DNA of 64,000 nucleotides. It comes from Candidatus Zixiibacteriota bacterium (lineage in GTDB: Bacteria > Zixibacteria > MSB-5A5 > GN15 > FEB-12). The stretch covers positions 31,180-95,179 of the forward strand of contig DAISVY010000003.1 in NCBI GenBank assembly GCA_036826635.1. Direction: 5' to 3'. The position numbers and the translations under genes were made by a program. Positions 9,214 through 19,900 of the stretch are shown in pieces (position 1 is the first letter of the stretch; every line of letters begins with the position of its first letter). The notes below the pieces were generated by a model. That model was not told the DNA's origin and did not search any database. It saw only the letters and a program-made list of their open reading frames with translations.

Positions 9214-11148
9214 CTATTCCGCCCCGCAACGATGGAACCGCAGAAACTCGGCCGCGCCGCTTTTGCCCATGTAGCGCTGAAGGATTCGCGGATCAGTCTG
9301 GCGAAGGTCAACCAGAATAAGGCCGTCGAGAACGTCGCTGAAATCCGGATCGATATTGAACCCGAGTAAGCGACCGTTCAGGCGCAGGTAGTGTTTGAGA
9401 AGTATCGGAATGCCGCGTTGTTCGGTCTCTATTTCGCCGATAAGGGTGTCGACTTCCTCAAGGCTCCCGACCAGGCGTGAGTGGGCTTTGTCATCGATGT
9501 GCGCGTAGCGCCGTTCTTTGAGCGGGTTGGTCGGTTTGATCTTCGCGGCCAGACGGGAAGCAAAACGATTGTTCTTGAGAAAATCAACCAGCAACTGACG
9601 TGAGATAGTGTGATAGCGGTTGGTTATACTCACCGGTCCGAAAAGCATCTTGTACTGCGGATAGCGAATCACATAGTGTCCGATACCTCGCCATAGAAGG
9701 TGCAGGGGAGCGTATTCGCGCTGGTATTCGGGACGGATGAACGACCGCCCCAACTCCAGCGCCGGGTTAACCTCGTCGATCAACTGCTTTTTGAATTTGA
9801 ACAATGTCCGGGTATACAACCCTTTGATGCCGTATTGCGCCACGATTTCATCGGTCAGCCCCAGCCTGTATCCTCCGACCAGTTCGCGGCGTTCTTTGTT
9901 CCAGACGAACAGGTGGATGTAATAATCGTCGAACCGATCTATATCTGTCCTGCGACCGGTACCCTCGCCGACCTGCCGAAAAGTGATTTCGCGAAGCCGC
10001 CCGATTTCCTGTAACACCTTCGGAATAGCCGCCGAGCGGGCATAGAAAGCCTGATATTCGCCCCCTTCGACCAGCCGCGCCTCGGTCGGAAGGCGGCCGA
10101 TTTCACTTTCGAGTATCCGGCCATCCGTAGCTTCGATCACCGGTACGGAATGCGCCCGGTGGGCGTTGTTGTGTTTGGGGGAGGGGCTTTCTCCGTCCGT
10201 GTTCTGCCCGCGACCGGCCAGCAGGTAGGTGCGGAACCGAAGGTAACCCGTGAGGTCGGTGTCGTTGTCGAATCGTTCGAGCCGGGAGTATTCCACCGGG
10301 TTGCCGATCCGCACGGGTATCCGCTGGTTGCTTTTGTTAAGCAGTTCGTGGGGCAGCATGACCGTGCGTAAGCGCCCGTTGATGAGTCCCAGCAGTTGGA
10401 AAAGATTGCTGTTGCGCCCGTCGAAATGGACCGGCAATACCGGCGCTTTGGTCCGGCGCACCAGCCGCGCCACGGTAGTATTCCACGGCGGGTCGGTCAC
10501 CACCGGTTTGGTCCAGCGTATGTGGGCCACCTCGCCGGCCGGAAAAACCACCAGCATGCCGCCGTCTTCGAGCCATTGCAGCGCCCGTTTGAGCGGCCGG
10601 ATATTCCGCGCTGTCGAGCGGGAAGACCCGAACGGGTCGACCTCGATCAAATGCCGGCGCATTTCGGGGATACGGCCCAGAAGATAATTGGCCAGGAATT
10701 TGACGTCGGGCCGAAGGCTCGTCAGCAGCGAGGTCAACATGATCCCTTCGATAGCCCCGAACGGGTGATTGGCCACCACCACCACCGGCCCCTTGGCGGG
10801 AATTCGTGCCCGGTCGGTATCGGAGACAGCGTAATCGACATTGAGCAGTTGCAGGGCCAGATCGGTGAACCGGGCGTCGTCGGGGATAGGGCTGACCGAC
10901 CGGTACATGTTGTTGAGGGTGCGCAGGTGGAAGATTTTCTCGACCGGGGCCAGCAGCATTTCGAACATGATTTGTCGAAGCGGGCCTTTGGCCGACGGTG
11001 TTATGGAAAAAGGGGCGAAGTTGCTCGCGTTCGGCGCGGGCGAGTTGAACTCGGATCTGGAAGAGTCGGCGTTCTGCATCACGGAATCGATCCTTCGGCT
11101 GTCGGGCGGGTGCCGGTTGGCGGGCCCGGTTCTCATCGTCCGAGGCAA
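9214..11148 (-). CDS. Bifunctional PlsC-like O-acyltransferase / GNAT N-acyltransferase (OlsF-like, ornithine or other amino-lipid synthesis)
   Basis: N-terminal NHPFGAIEG and FPAGEVA acyltransferase motifs; C-terminal EIGRLREITFR, DIDRFD, GGYRLG, LELGRSF, LLWRGIG, FNIDPDF. True start is probably downstream of 11148. Confidence 0.85.
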   Translation of the reverse strand: MPRTMRTGPANRHPPDSRRIDSVMQNADSSRSEFNSPAPNASNFAPFSITPSAKGPLRQIMFEMLLAPVEKIFHLRTLNNMYRSVSPIPDDARFTDLALQLLNVDYAVSDTDRARIPAKGPVVVVANHPFGAIEGIMLTSLLTSLRPDVKFLANYLLGRIPEMRRHLIEVDPFGSSRSTARNIRPLKRALQWLEDGGMLVVFPAGEVAHIRWTKPVVTDPPWNTTVARLVRRTKAPVLPVHFDGRNSNLFQLLGLINGRLRTVMLPHELLNKSNQRIPVRIGNPVEYSRLERFDNDTDLTGYLRFRTYLLAGRGQNTDGESPSPKHNNAHRAHSVPVIEATDGRILESEIGRLPTEARLVEGGEYQAFYARSAAIPKVLQEIGRLREITFRQVGEGTGRRTDIDRFDDYYIHLFVWNKERRELVGGYRLGLTDEIVAQYGIKGLYTRTLFKFKKQLIDEVNPALELGRSFIRPEYQREYAPLHLLWRGIGHYVIRYPQYKMLFGPVSITNRYHTISRQLLVDFLKNNRFASRLAAKIKPTNPLKERRYAHIDDKAHSRLVGSLEEVDTLIGEIETEQRGIPILLKHYLRLNGRLLGFNIDPDFSDVLDGLILVDLRQTDPRILQRYMGKSGAAEFLRFHRCGAE

Positions 11149-11525
11149 GGATCGGCATTGTTTGTTAAGGCGCTGTTAGAATCGCTCTACGATTTTGTTA
11201 GAAATTGTCCGCCAGTGCTTTAGCTGACATTCCCGCCGTGCCTTTGCCGTCCGGCCCGGGGGAATAGACGGGTTAAGGACCTCCTTCCCGTTATTCTTTC
11301 GCTTCCCGCTGCAACAAACGCACGATTGTACCTTCTGGCAACAAAAATCTTGCAGGGGGGAGGCTTTGGGAAAGATGATCACGGCGCGACAACGACCAGA
11401 GTGGAATGCCGTGTCGTCGCCTCATTTGCCCTCAATGTCACTTTGGAAGTAGACACAGCCGATGTGGTCTATTATCTTTAATTCCGGTTGTCGGGGAGAC
11501 AAGATATTAAACTCAAGCAGGCAGT

Positions 11526-11726
11526 ATGAAAGATGCTACCCTAACGACTGTCGGATACGGGGATGTCTATCCTGTAACCGGATTAGGGAAGCTGGTAGCC
11601 GGACTGATGGCAGTCTTCGGAATCGGGCTTTTTGCATTACCTGCTGGGATAATAGCATCGGGATTTGCCGAAGAGATCGGAAAGAAAAGGGTTAGAGTAT
11701 GTCCTCATTGCGGGAAACGACTCTAA
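11526..11726 (+). pseudogene. Potassium channel remnant (pore filter + S6 helix + Cys motif)
   Basis: TLTTVGYGDVYP selectivity filter, S6 GIGLFALPAGIIASGF and terminal CPHC, but the pore helix and all upstream TM segments are missing (66 aa). Confidence 0.75.
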
Positions 11727-11804
11727 CCATTGATCGTTAATTAAACTAAAGACCTATTATGCGTAGCCTTTGTTAGGTCTGTACGTCGGGAGGAGGAGAT
11801 AGCC

Positions 11805-12638
11805 ATGCGAGTACCGAAAAAAGTCGCTGATCGCTTTGCCAGAGAGGTTAACAAGTATCAGAAGGTCCTTAAGTCCGCCATCGACAGAGACGTGAATGAG
11901 TCGGATACGGTAACAATCATTACAGACATTCTGGGATCGGTATTTGGCTTTGATAAGTATGCGGAAGTCACCGGTGAACAGGCCATACGAGGGACCTACT
12001 GCGATCTTGCTATTAAACAGGATGGCGCTATCAAGTATCTGATTGAAGTGAAAGCGGTGGGTATTGAACTAAAGGAGCTTCATCTTCGGCAGGCGATCAA
12101 TTATGGCGCTAATTACGGGATTACATGGGTGGTCCTGACCAACGGCATTAGATGGGAGGTTTACAAAATTCGCTTCGAAAAGCCGGTGGGATGCGATCTG
12201 GTGGCATCTTTCAACTTTCTGGACCTGAATCCACGAAAGTTGGATGATCAGCAGAAACTATTTGTGCTATGCAAAGAAGGTTTATCCAAGGCGGCAATTG
12301 AAGCCTTTCATGAACGGGTTCAGGCGGTTAATCGGTTTGTGATAGGGGCTCTGCTGACGACCGAGCCAGTCATTGAAATTGTCAGGCGCGAGTTGAGAAG
12401 GTTAGCGCCGGGGCTTAAGATAACCATGGATGAAATCGAAAGGATACTGGAATCTGACGTTCTTAAACGGGACGTAGTGGTGGGGGAAGCAGCGACGAAG
12501 GCGAAATCCCATGTGAAGAAGGCAGTAGGGAAAAGCATTAAGAAAGTAAAGACCCCAAAAGGGAAGGGTGTTAAAAATAGCAAGGAAGCTCAGGCTGTAG
12601 CCGCTAATGTTGCACCGTCGTCGGAGATGGATGAATAG
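11805..12638 (+). CDS. Stand-alone HsdR_N-like PD-(D/E)xK nuclease-domain protein
   Basis: GGAGGAGG RBS; ESDT, CDLAI...LIEVK, QAINYG and VLTNGIRW motifs typical of type I restriction HsdR N-terminal-like domains; no helicase domain; Lys-rich tail. Confidence 0.75.
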   Translation: MRVPKKVADRFAREVNKYQKVLKSAIDRDVNESDTVTIITDILGSVFGFDKYAEVTGEQAIRGTYCDLAIKQDGAIKYLIEVKAVGIELKELHLRQAINYGANYGITWVVLTNGIRWEVYKIRFEKPVGCDLVASFNFLDLNPRKLDDQQKLFVLCKEGLSKAAIEAFHERVQAVNRFVIGALLTTEPVIEIVRRELRRLAPGLKITMDEIERILESDVLKRDVVVGEAATKAKSHVKKAVGKSIKKVKTPKGKGVKNSKEAQAVAANVAPSSEMDE

Positions 12639-13061
12639 TATCTATTTTGCCGGAGTGTATGAGAGTATTTCGCTCGCGTCAATTGAGGTAGTGTTGAGAT
12701 AGACGCGCGTCTTTTTGCGTTATATCTGTTGTGCTTGATGAAAACAAACGATTATGCCATCACTGTGTATGTGAAGGTCTGTTTACTTTGGAAGGACATG
12801 GTATGAAAGAAACATTCCCCCTGTAAAATACACCCTCCCAAAGTTAAGAGCCCCTCACCCCCTCGTTTAGTGCACCCGAAAATTAATAATCCGACTTATT
12901 ATTTTTTCAACGTGGAACCCACCCTTTCATAATACATATTATATTATGGCCGTGAGCCGGGGGACGATAGCCACCGCCAAAATACCGGCGGACAGGTCCG
13001 ACTCACGGGGAGTCTCGCAGCCGATTGCTCGCCGTTACTCCGAAAATGGACTGGCACGCAA

Positions 13062-13616
13062 TTGACCGAAGACATCGACAAGATTTGGCAACAGGTAGTC
13101 TCCGGCGATCATCGCGCCTGGCGTGAACTGGTCGGCCGTTATGCCCCGCTGGTAATCACGGTCGCCCGCCGGGTCGGCCTGAGTGGCCCCGATGCCGAGG
13201 ACTGCGTTCAGCATACCTGGATGGCCCTCTATCGCCACCGCCGGGTCATCAAGGACCCCGCGCGCCTGCCCGCCTGGCTGATCAAGACCACCCAGCGCCG
13301 GGCCGTGCGCACTTTGCAGCGTCTCAATCGTGATGTTGATCTCGATTTTAACCTCGAACCGGAAAATCCCGGCCCGTTACCCGACGAAGAAATCGTCCGG
13401 CTCGAACGTCAGGCGATTCTCGAAATTGCGCTGGACAAGCTCGACCCGCGTTGTGGCCGCCTGTTGCGGGCGTTGTTTTTTGCCCCGGAAGATAAATCGT
13501 ATCGCGAAATAGCCAAAGATCTGGCCGTGTCGCCCAACGCGCTCGGACCGTTGAGGTCGCGATGTCTGAAAAGACTGGAGAAAATCTTAAAAGAAATGGG
13601 ATACCTGCCGGACTAA
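13062..13616 (+). CDS. ECF sigma-70 factor
   Basis: Region 2 (AWRELVGRY...DAEDCVQHTW...LPAWL) and region 4 (LDPRCGRLL...SYREIAKDL...LGPLRSRCLKRL). TTG start; no upstream in-frame ATG before the stop at 12930. Confidence 0.92.
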   Translation: MTEDIDKIWQQVVSGDHRAWRELVGRYAPLVITVARRVGLSGPDAEDCVQHTWMALYRHRRVIKDPARLPAWLIKTTQRRAVRTLQRLNRDVDLDFNLEPENPGPLPDEEIVRLERQAILEIALDKLDPRCGRLLRALFFAPEDKSYREIAKDLAVSPNALGPLRSRCLKRLEKILKEMGYLPD

Positions 13617-13661
13617 ACTGTCCCGGAGCGGCTCTTTACAAGTAGCAGGGTATCCAGGGAG

Positions 13662-14231
13662 ATGGATATGTCAAAACCGGTAAAGCATCCGGGAAGGGTA
13701 AAAATGCTCAAAGCGGTGAAAACAGGAAAAGTATCGTTTCGCGAACATCTTGAAGATTGCGACGACTGCCGACGCTTATTTCGGCTGCTCTCACAATATG
13801 ATGTAAGCGGAAACACCGAGCTGGATCGACCGAGCATACAGGCCGTGGAAGCCTGGGCGGCGGTGCCGCTTTTGTACGGCAGGAACGGCCGGGTGACCCA
13901 TGTTCCGGGTGAAGTATCGTTCGATTCCTGGTCGCACCGTCCCGCTTTGGAACTTCGCGATATCGGCGTCGGCCAGACCCGACGCGTATGCCTGAAAGCG
14001 GGTACGATTCAACTGGAAATCGTGGCCGGGCGTCTTCAGGAACAATGGGAATTTACGGCGCGCATATATAAAAGGAAGGTGGCGACCTCGGAGTTCGTTC
14101 TTCGGGCCGGCCGTTGCAAGCTGCTGGCGAAATCACGCGGTTTTTATCACTGGTCGTCGCGGACCGCACCGCGGACGATAAGGCTGCTGTCACCTTCGCT
14201 TGAGGTTGATTTCGAAAAGTTGTCATGGTAG
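13662..14231 (+). CDS. Putative soluble zinc-binding anti-sigma factor (ZAS-like)
   Basis: N-terminal HLEDCDDC = H-x3-C-x2-C; directly downstream of the ECF; no TM helix; beta-rich C-terminal half. Confidence 0.65.
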   Translation: MDMSKPVKHPGRVKMLKAVKTGKVSFREHLEDCDDCRRLFRLLSQYDVSGNTELDRPSIQAVEAWAAVPLLYGRNGRVTHVPGEVSFDSWSHRPALELRDIGVGQTRRVCLKAGTIQLEIVAGRLQEQWEFTARIYKRKVATSEFVLRAGRCKLLAKSRGFYHWSSRTAPRTIRLLSPSLEVDFEKLSW

Positions 14232-16954
14232 CCAGAGACATCCATAATATGGAGCGCATTGCGCGGGTTTTTCTGACCACCGGTAAATGTACCGGTGTTG
14301 ATTTGGAAACGCTGAGCCGTGAGTGCAACCGTATTGTTCGCCGCGAGACCGAAAAATCAGCCTCCCGGGCAATTGAACTGGGCAGGCAGTTCGTCAGGCG
14401 GGCCGAACAGTATGGCGGAGAAATGGCGGCCACCGCCTGCCGTGCGCTTGGCTGGGCATATCTGGTGGCGGGAAAATTCCACGACGCCCACCGGACTTAT
14501 CTTAAGGCCCGCGATCTGGTCAAACGTGACGCTCTGGCGCGCGCCCGGGTTGACCGCGTGTTGATCGATGTCTGCATGTATCTGGGCGATCTGAAACAAG
14601 CCCGACGCCATGCCCGACTGGCGATGAACACTTTCGAAAAACAACATGCCGAATCTGACCTGGCCAAGACGAAAGTAAACTATGCCAACCTGTTGCACCG
14701 ACAGGATCGCCATCGTGAAGCGGGTCGGCTCTATGCTCAGGCGGCCGATTTCTTCGACGCTCAGGGGAACGATCTGGCCGTAGCTTTCTGTTTGTACAAC
14801 CGCGCCAACACTCTCGTACAGTTGTTTGATTTCGACGAAGCGGCCTCGTTGTATCGCCGCGCGCATAAAATCTTTATTGGGCATGATCATCACCTTCGCG
14901 CCAACGGCTGCCAGTACGGTTTGGCGTGGTTGCACATGCTTGAAGGTAATTTCCATGTCGCGCTTCAGGAACTGGCCGAGTGTGAGGATAGCTATAGAAA
15001 AGCGTCGCAGGACCGTGAAGTTGTCCTGTGTCAGCTCGACCGGGCCGAGGTCTTCCTGGGGTTGAATTTGTTCTCCGATGCTCGGGAGATGGCCCGGGAA
15101 GCCGAACGAAAAGCGCGTAAACTCGGAATAAAATACGAGGCGGCCAAGGCGGCCTTGTTTTACGCCAAGGCGTCGGTGGGTATCGGAAGAAAAACGGACG
15201 CCCGCGGAGCTTTGAAGCGGGCCGAGGATGATTTTGCCCGGGAGAACAATAAGCCGTTCCTGGCGGCCGTACATCTGGCTCAGGCTCAGATTAATGATGG
15301 CAAGTCGAAACGAATGGCCGAGCTTGAACACGTGGGCAGGAAGTTTTCGCAGGTTCAGTTGCCGTTGTGGGAAGCCATCTGTGATCTTCAGCTTCTCGCC
15401 GCGCGTCCCGATGACGCCCGTCCTCTGAAAAAACTCCGGAGAAATAAAGCGGTCAAAACCGTACCGCATCTCTTTGCCTGTTGGCAGACGATTTTGGGTG
15501 ACCGTGAAGCTGAACGTCACCGTATCGACGCCGCGGTCGATCACTGGAACCGGGCGGCCGATCTTCTCGATGCCGTACGGGCGAAGCTTCCCCCGGTCGA
15601 TATGCGTTCGGCGTTCTCGCGTCGGAATACCGATCCGCATCGTCGACTGGTTCAGGTTGAGGCGGGACGGGACCCCGTTGTGGCTTCCTGCTGGGCGGAA
15701 CGTCTGAAGACAGCGGGAATCTGGAGTGTGCCGGATGACGCTTTTGAGGCCAATCCGGCTCGCTCCAGAGCGCTGGAGAGTTTGTCGCAGCTCGCCGATC
15801 AGGCCGCGGCCTTGTCGTGGAAGATCAGCGAAAGCGCCGGACGGCGCGCGGCTGTTCGGATCGAGACAAACAAAATTCTGGAAAAGCTGCAAAGAAAGGT
15901 CCGACAGGATCTCGCCATAGCCGAGAAACCGGATTCACGAACGGCCGATTCGCTGGGTAACCTTCGAAGGCTGATGCTTGAGGCATCGATGCAACGTACG
16001 GTGGTGCAGTTCCATCTCAATGGTGATGATGTATACGCTTTCGTGCATGAGCGGGGCGCGACCCGTTGTCATCGCTACCGGGGCGGCGCGCGCATGGTCG
16101 GGCAACTAATGGGGCGATGGCGCTTCATGGTCGAGCGGGCTCCGTTTGCATCCGGTCGACCGAGCGTGTCCGATCTGCAGGACGAACACCGGTTGCTCGC
16201 GGATATCGGGGCCTGGTTGTGGTCGCCGCTGGAAATCTCCCGGCGACGGGAAAAGCTCCTGATTCTGCCCGAGGGGCGGTTGTCTAACCTGCCCTGGTCG
16301 GCGATAGTCAATGGTGGTGAAGCGCTGGTTGTTTCTCACGATCTGGTTATTTCGCCGAGCCTTCGGCATTATCTCCATGCGCAGGCACAGAAGTCGCGGT
16401 CGAAGCAAATCCGGGTTTTTGTCGGCAATACCGATGGACTCTCGCAGGCTCGACAGGAATATGCGCCGCTGGTGGCCGCAGGTAACGGTGAGGTGCTCAT
16501 AAACGATCCCTGTCGGCGTTCCGACTGGCCCGATGCCGGTGCGGCCCGCGTGTGGCACTACACCGGTCACGCGCAGCTTCGTGGCGACAACCCGTTTTAC
16601 TCGTCTCTTATTCTGTCCGATGGTCCGATATTCGCGGCTGACTTCCGATTGAAAAGAAACCGCGTCGGACTGGTTACCCTGGCGGCCTGTCGCACCGGAG
16701 AGCAGGCTTATCAGGCGGGTGAAGAATCCTCCGGGCTGGTGCGGTCGTTTATGGAAATGGGTGCCCGTAACGTGGTGGCCAGTCACTGGGCGGTTTCGGA
16801 CCGAGCGACAGCATATTGGATGAAAAAGTTTTACGATAGATACCTGTCCGGTCGATCGGCCGGTCGGGCGGCAAGAGAAGCGGCTATTCAGGTGCGAGAA
16901 AAGTATCCGTCGGCTTACCACTGGGCGGCCTTCTCCGTTTATGGAGCCGGATGA
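14225..16954 (+). CDS. TPR-repeat + CHAT (caspase-like, clan CD) protease
   Basis: About 330 aa of TPR-like helices, then a CHAT domain: LILPEGRLSNLPW, HYTGHA (catalytic His), LVTLAAC (catalytic Cys), GARNVVASHWAVSD, HWAAFSVYG. Confidence 0.93.
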   Translation: MVARDIHNMERIARVFLTTGKCTGVDLETLSRECNRIVRRETEKSASRAIELGRQFVRRAEQYGGEMAATACRALGWAYLVAGKFHDAHRTYLKARDLVKRDALARARVDRVLIDVCMYLGDLKQARRHARLAMNTFEKQHAESDLAKTKVNYANLLHRQDRHREAGRLYAQAADFFDAQGNDLAVAFCLYNRANTLVQLFDFDEAASLYRRAHKIFIGHDHHLRANGCQYGLAWLHMLEGNFHVALQELAECEDSYRKASQDREVVLCQLDRAEVFLGLNLFSDAREMAREAERKARKLGIKYEAAKAALFYAKASVGIGRKTDARGALKRAEDDFARENNKPFLAAVHLAQAQINDGKSKRMAELEHVGRKFSQVQLPLWEAICDLQLLAARPDDARPLKKLRRNKAVKTVPHLFACWQTILGDREAERHRIDAAVDHWNRAADLLDAVRAKLPPVDMRSAFSRRNTDPHRRLVQVEAGRDPVVASCWAERLKTAGIWSVPDDAFEANPARSRALESLSQLADQAAALSWKISESAGRRAAVRIETNKILEKLQRKVRQDLAIAEKPDSRTADSLGNLRRLMLEASMQRTVVQFHLNGDDVYAFVHERGATRCHRYRGGARMVGQLMGRWRFMVERAPFASGRPSVSDLQDEHRLLADIGAWLWSPLEISRRREKLLILPEGRLSNLPWSAIVNGGEALVVSHDLVISPSLRHYLHAQAQKSRSKQIRVFVGNTDGLSQARQEYAPLVAAGNGEVLINDPCRRSDWPDAGAARVWHYTGHAQLRGDNPFYSSLILSDGPIFAADFRLKRNRVGLVTLAACRTGEQAYQAGEESSGLVRSFMEMGARNVVASHWAVSDRATAYWMKKFYDRYLSGRSAGRAAREAAIQVREKYPSAYHWAAFSVYGAG

Positions 16955-16994
16955 GATCGCACGGTATTCGATGAGTATGCAGGAGGAAAGTGTA

Positions 16995-19900
16995 ATGATT
17001 AAGAAAGTGAACCGTCTGAATTCGTTTGGGCCCGCGATGGTGATTCTGTTGACCCTTCTGCTATTGTGCATGGGGATGACAAACAGTGTTATCGCCGGGC
17101 CGGCGGAAAAAGGAATGTCCCAGGACCGCAACTACGCTCCGGATAGTCGTGACAATACGGGGCCGGACGGGGCCTATGTTCAGGGGGAACTGGTCATCAA
17201 ACTGGGCGGTTGCGATTCGGTTGTGATTGATGACATCTGCCAGAAATACGGGGCTTCCGTCAATCGTTATTTCGAGGACCTTGGCATTTACGTATTGAAC
17301 GTGAACGGCGAAACCGATCATGATTCTCTTTGTTCGATAATCGAGTCGTATTCCTGCGTCGTTTTTGCTCATCCCAATTACCGTGTCGATCCTCTTCAGC
17401 CGGTGCAGGGAAGTTTTCCGTTCTCGGATGAAAATTTCGCCGGTGATTACCGGGGACAGTTCGCCGCGACGGCGCTTGATCTGTCGTCCGCCCAGGCCAT
17501 CGCTACCGGAGCCGGGGTCAGGATTGCCGTGATCGACGGTGGCATTAATTACAGGCATCCGGCGTTTGAAGGTAAGGCGGTATCGGGTTATGACTTCGTA
17601 GACGATGATGCCGATGCTTTCGACGAATCCGGAGGGCCGAACACCGGGCACGGTACGTTTATCGCCGGAGTCATTCATCTGGTGGCCCCCGACGCGGAGA
17701 TAGTCGCTTATCGTGTCAGTGAGACATCGGGCACCAGCGACGGCGATTTGGTGGCCGAGGCCATCGTGAAAGCGGTGCATGACGGGTGTCAGGTAATCAA
17801 CCTGAGTCTGGTGGTTATGGAAGAACATCAGGTAATCAAGGCTGCGATAGAGTACGCCAGGGAAAATAACGTCATCGTGGTGGTAGCCGCCGGTAATGAA
17901 CAGATGGGCTCGCCTTTGTATCCGGCCAGCGATGAGAACGTGATTGCCGTGGCCGCCCTTGATTCCCTCGATCAGTTGGCGGAGTTCTCGCGATACGGAA
18001 GCCACATTGACGTGTGCGCCTTCGGAGAGGACGTGTACTCGCCGTTTATCGACACCGGCTATGCCTGGTGGAGCGGTACCAGTTTTGCCGCACCTTTTGT
18101 TGCGGGTCAGGCCGGACTGATTATTTCTCAGGCGCCGGAAGATTACACCTGGAGCCACACCCGCCAGATGATACTCGAAACGGCCGTGAGTGTCGATGCC
18201 GAGAATCCCGATTTCGCGGGTTATCTCGGAGCGGGGGTAATTGCCCCGTACGCGTCGCTGACGGTTTCGCTGGAGTCCGACAGTGCCTGGCTTTGGGAGG
18301 ACAACAAGCAGTTCACCATAAACGAGGGAGACCCCGATATCGGGCCGGTTTGTCTGATGGTGTCATCGACCAATGAACCCGCGCCGTTTACGGTGGCCCT
18401 GTCCGGGGAAGCTACGTTTACCACTCTGCGTGATTCGAGGGGTTACACTGGCGACACGCTCTGTTTCGATCTGGGAGGAAGTGCCCTCTCGCCGGGATAC
18501 TATGCCGACACTCTGATCTTCGAGGTTGAGGGAGTCGATAACAACCCGTTGATGGCGGTCTTCGAGTTGCAGGTCAACACCGACACCGCAGCATCGGATT
18601 TAGCCTGGGTGTATCCCAAAGTGCAGCAGTTTACGATGTACGAGGGGGATGAAACCGCCCTGGTCCGTTCGGTCAGCATATCTTCCAGCAATTCCCCCGC
18701 GCCCTACACGGCGACGCTGGTTAACGATGGTCTGTTTACCGATTTGCTGTGGGATTCGGGAATGACCAATGATACGCTTTCCTTCACGGTGAGCGCTGTC
18801 GGACTTACCCCGAACGTCTACACGGATTCCCTTAGTATCAGTGTGGAAGGGATAAGCTCTCCGGCTTGGGCGGTTATCGTTCTCCAGGTCTTGCCGCACG
18901 GCACTCCCCTCGACACGGCCTGGGTTTCCAGCGACGATCTGTATTTCGAGGCGGCCGAAGGTTCCTCCTGGGTTGATTCCAGCTGTGTGCGGTTGATGTC
19001 GACCAACGCTCCGGCGCCTTATACGGCTTACGTGGTGGGCGGTGAGTCTTCGTTCGTCTCTCTGCTGAATCTCGATGGCGGGGTCACCGAGGATTACATT
19101 TGCTATATAATAGATCCCACCGGTCTGGGGACGGGAGTCCATCGCGATTCCATGGTAATAACGGTCGAAGGAGTATCCAACTCGCCGCTTATAGTGCGGT
19201 TCACTCTGAACATAGTCGGTGGCGGGGACACGTTGGCCGCGGTTTCTCCCGATACGTTGTTCTTTACGGTTGTCCAGGGTGATACGCATGTCAGGACCGG
19301 CTGTGCCTGTCTTACTTCCTTCAATGCACCGTCGCCTTATATTGGCATAAACGACACCGACGCCGTTTTCACCACGTTGATAAGCACGGCCGGGGTTACC
19401 AACGACACTGTATGTCTTCTGGTCGATCCGTCGCTGATGCCGGTCGGTGTTCACTACAGTCGGGCCATGTTCTTTGTCGACGGTGTTGCCGAACGGATAG
19501 ATCTTATCACCTGTCTGACCGTGGTAGATGAAATCGGCCCCGACACGGCCTGGGTATCCAACGATTCATTGGGTTTCTGGGTCGAAGAAGGCACAAGTTG
19601 GCTTGACACCGGCTGTGTGTTGGTGTCTTCGACCAACGCTTCGGCCTTCTACACGGCGGAGGCATTCGGTGATCCGCTGTTCCTGTCGTTGGTCGACAGC
19701 GTGGGCAGCGGCAGTGGATTCACTAATAGTCTGGTCTGTTTCCAGATCAATCATCAGGGGCTGCCTCTTGGTGTCTACAAGGATTCCCTGATAATTGACG
19801 TTGAAGGTGTGACCAACTCACCGCTGGTCGTGCCGATTACATTGACCGTGTTCACCGCCGATACGCTGGTTGATATATCGCCCGATACGCTGTCCTTTAC

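Noticed and set aside
13052-13066. Sigma54-like TGGCACGCAATTGAC before the ECF gene
   Set aside because: The -12 dinucleotide is AC, not GC, and the site overlaps the start codon.
14357-15892. Long antisense ORFs (also 10396-11223, 17061-18158, 23963-25453, 25790-26779, 29724-30809, 50190-51155, 55524-56843, 57021-58040)
   Set aside because: They lie opposite well-supported genes, lack motifs and RBS, and are typical shadows of GC-rich coding sequence.
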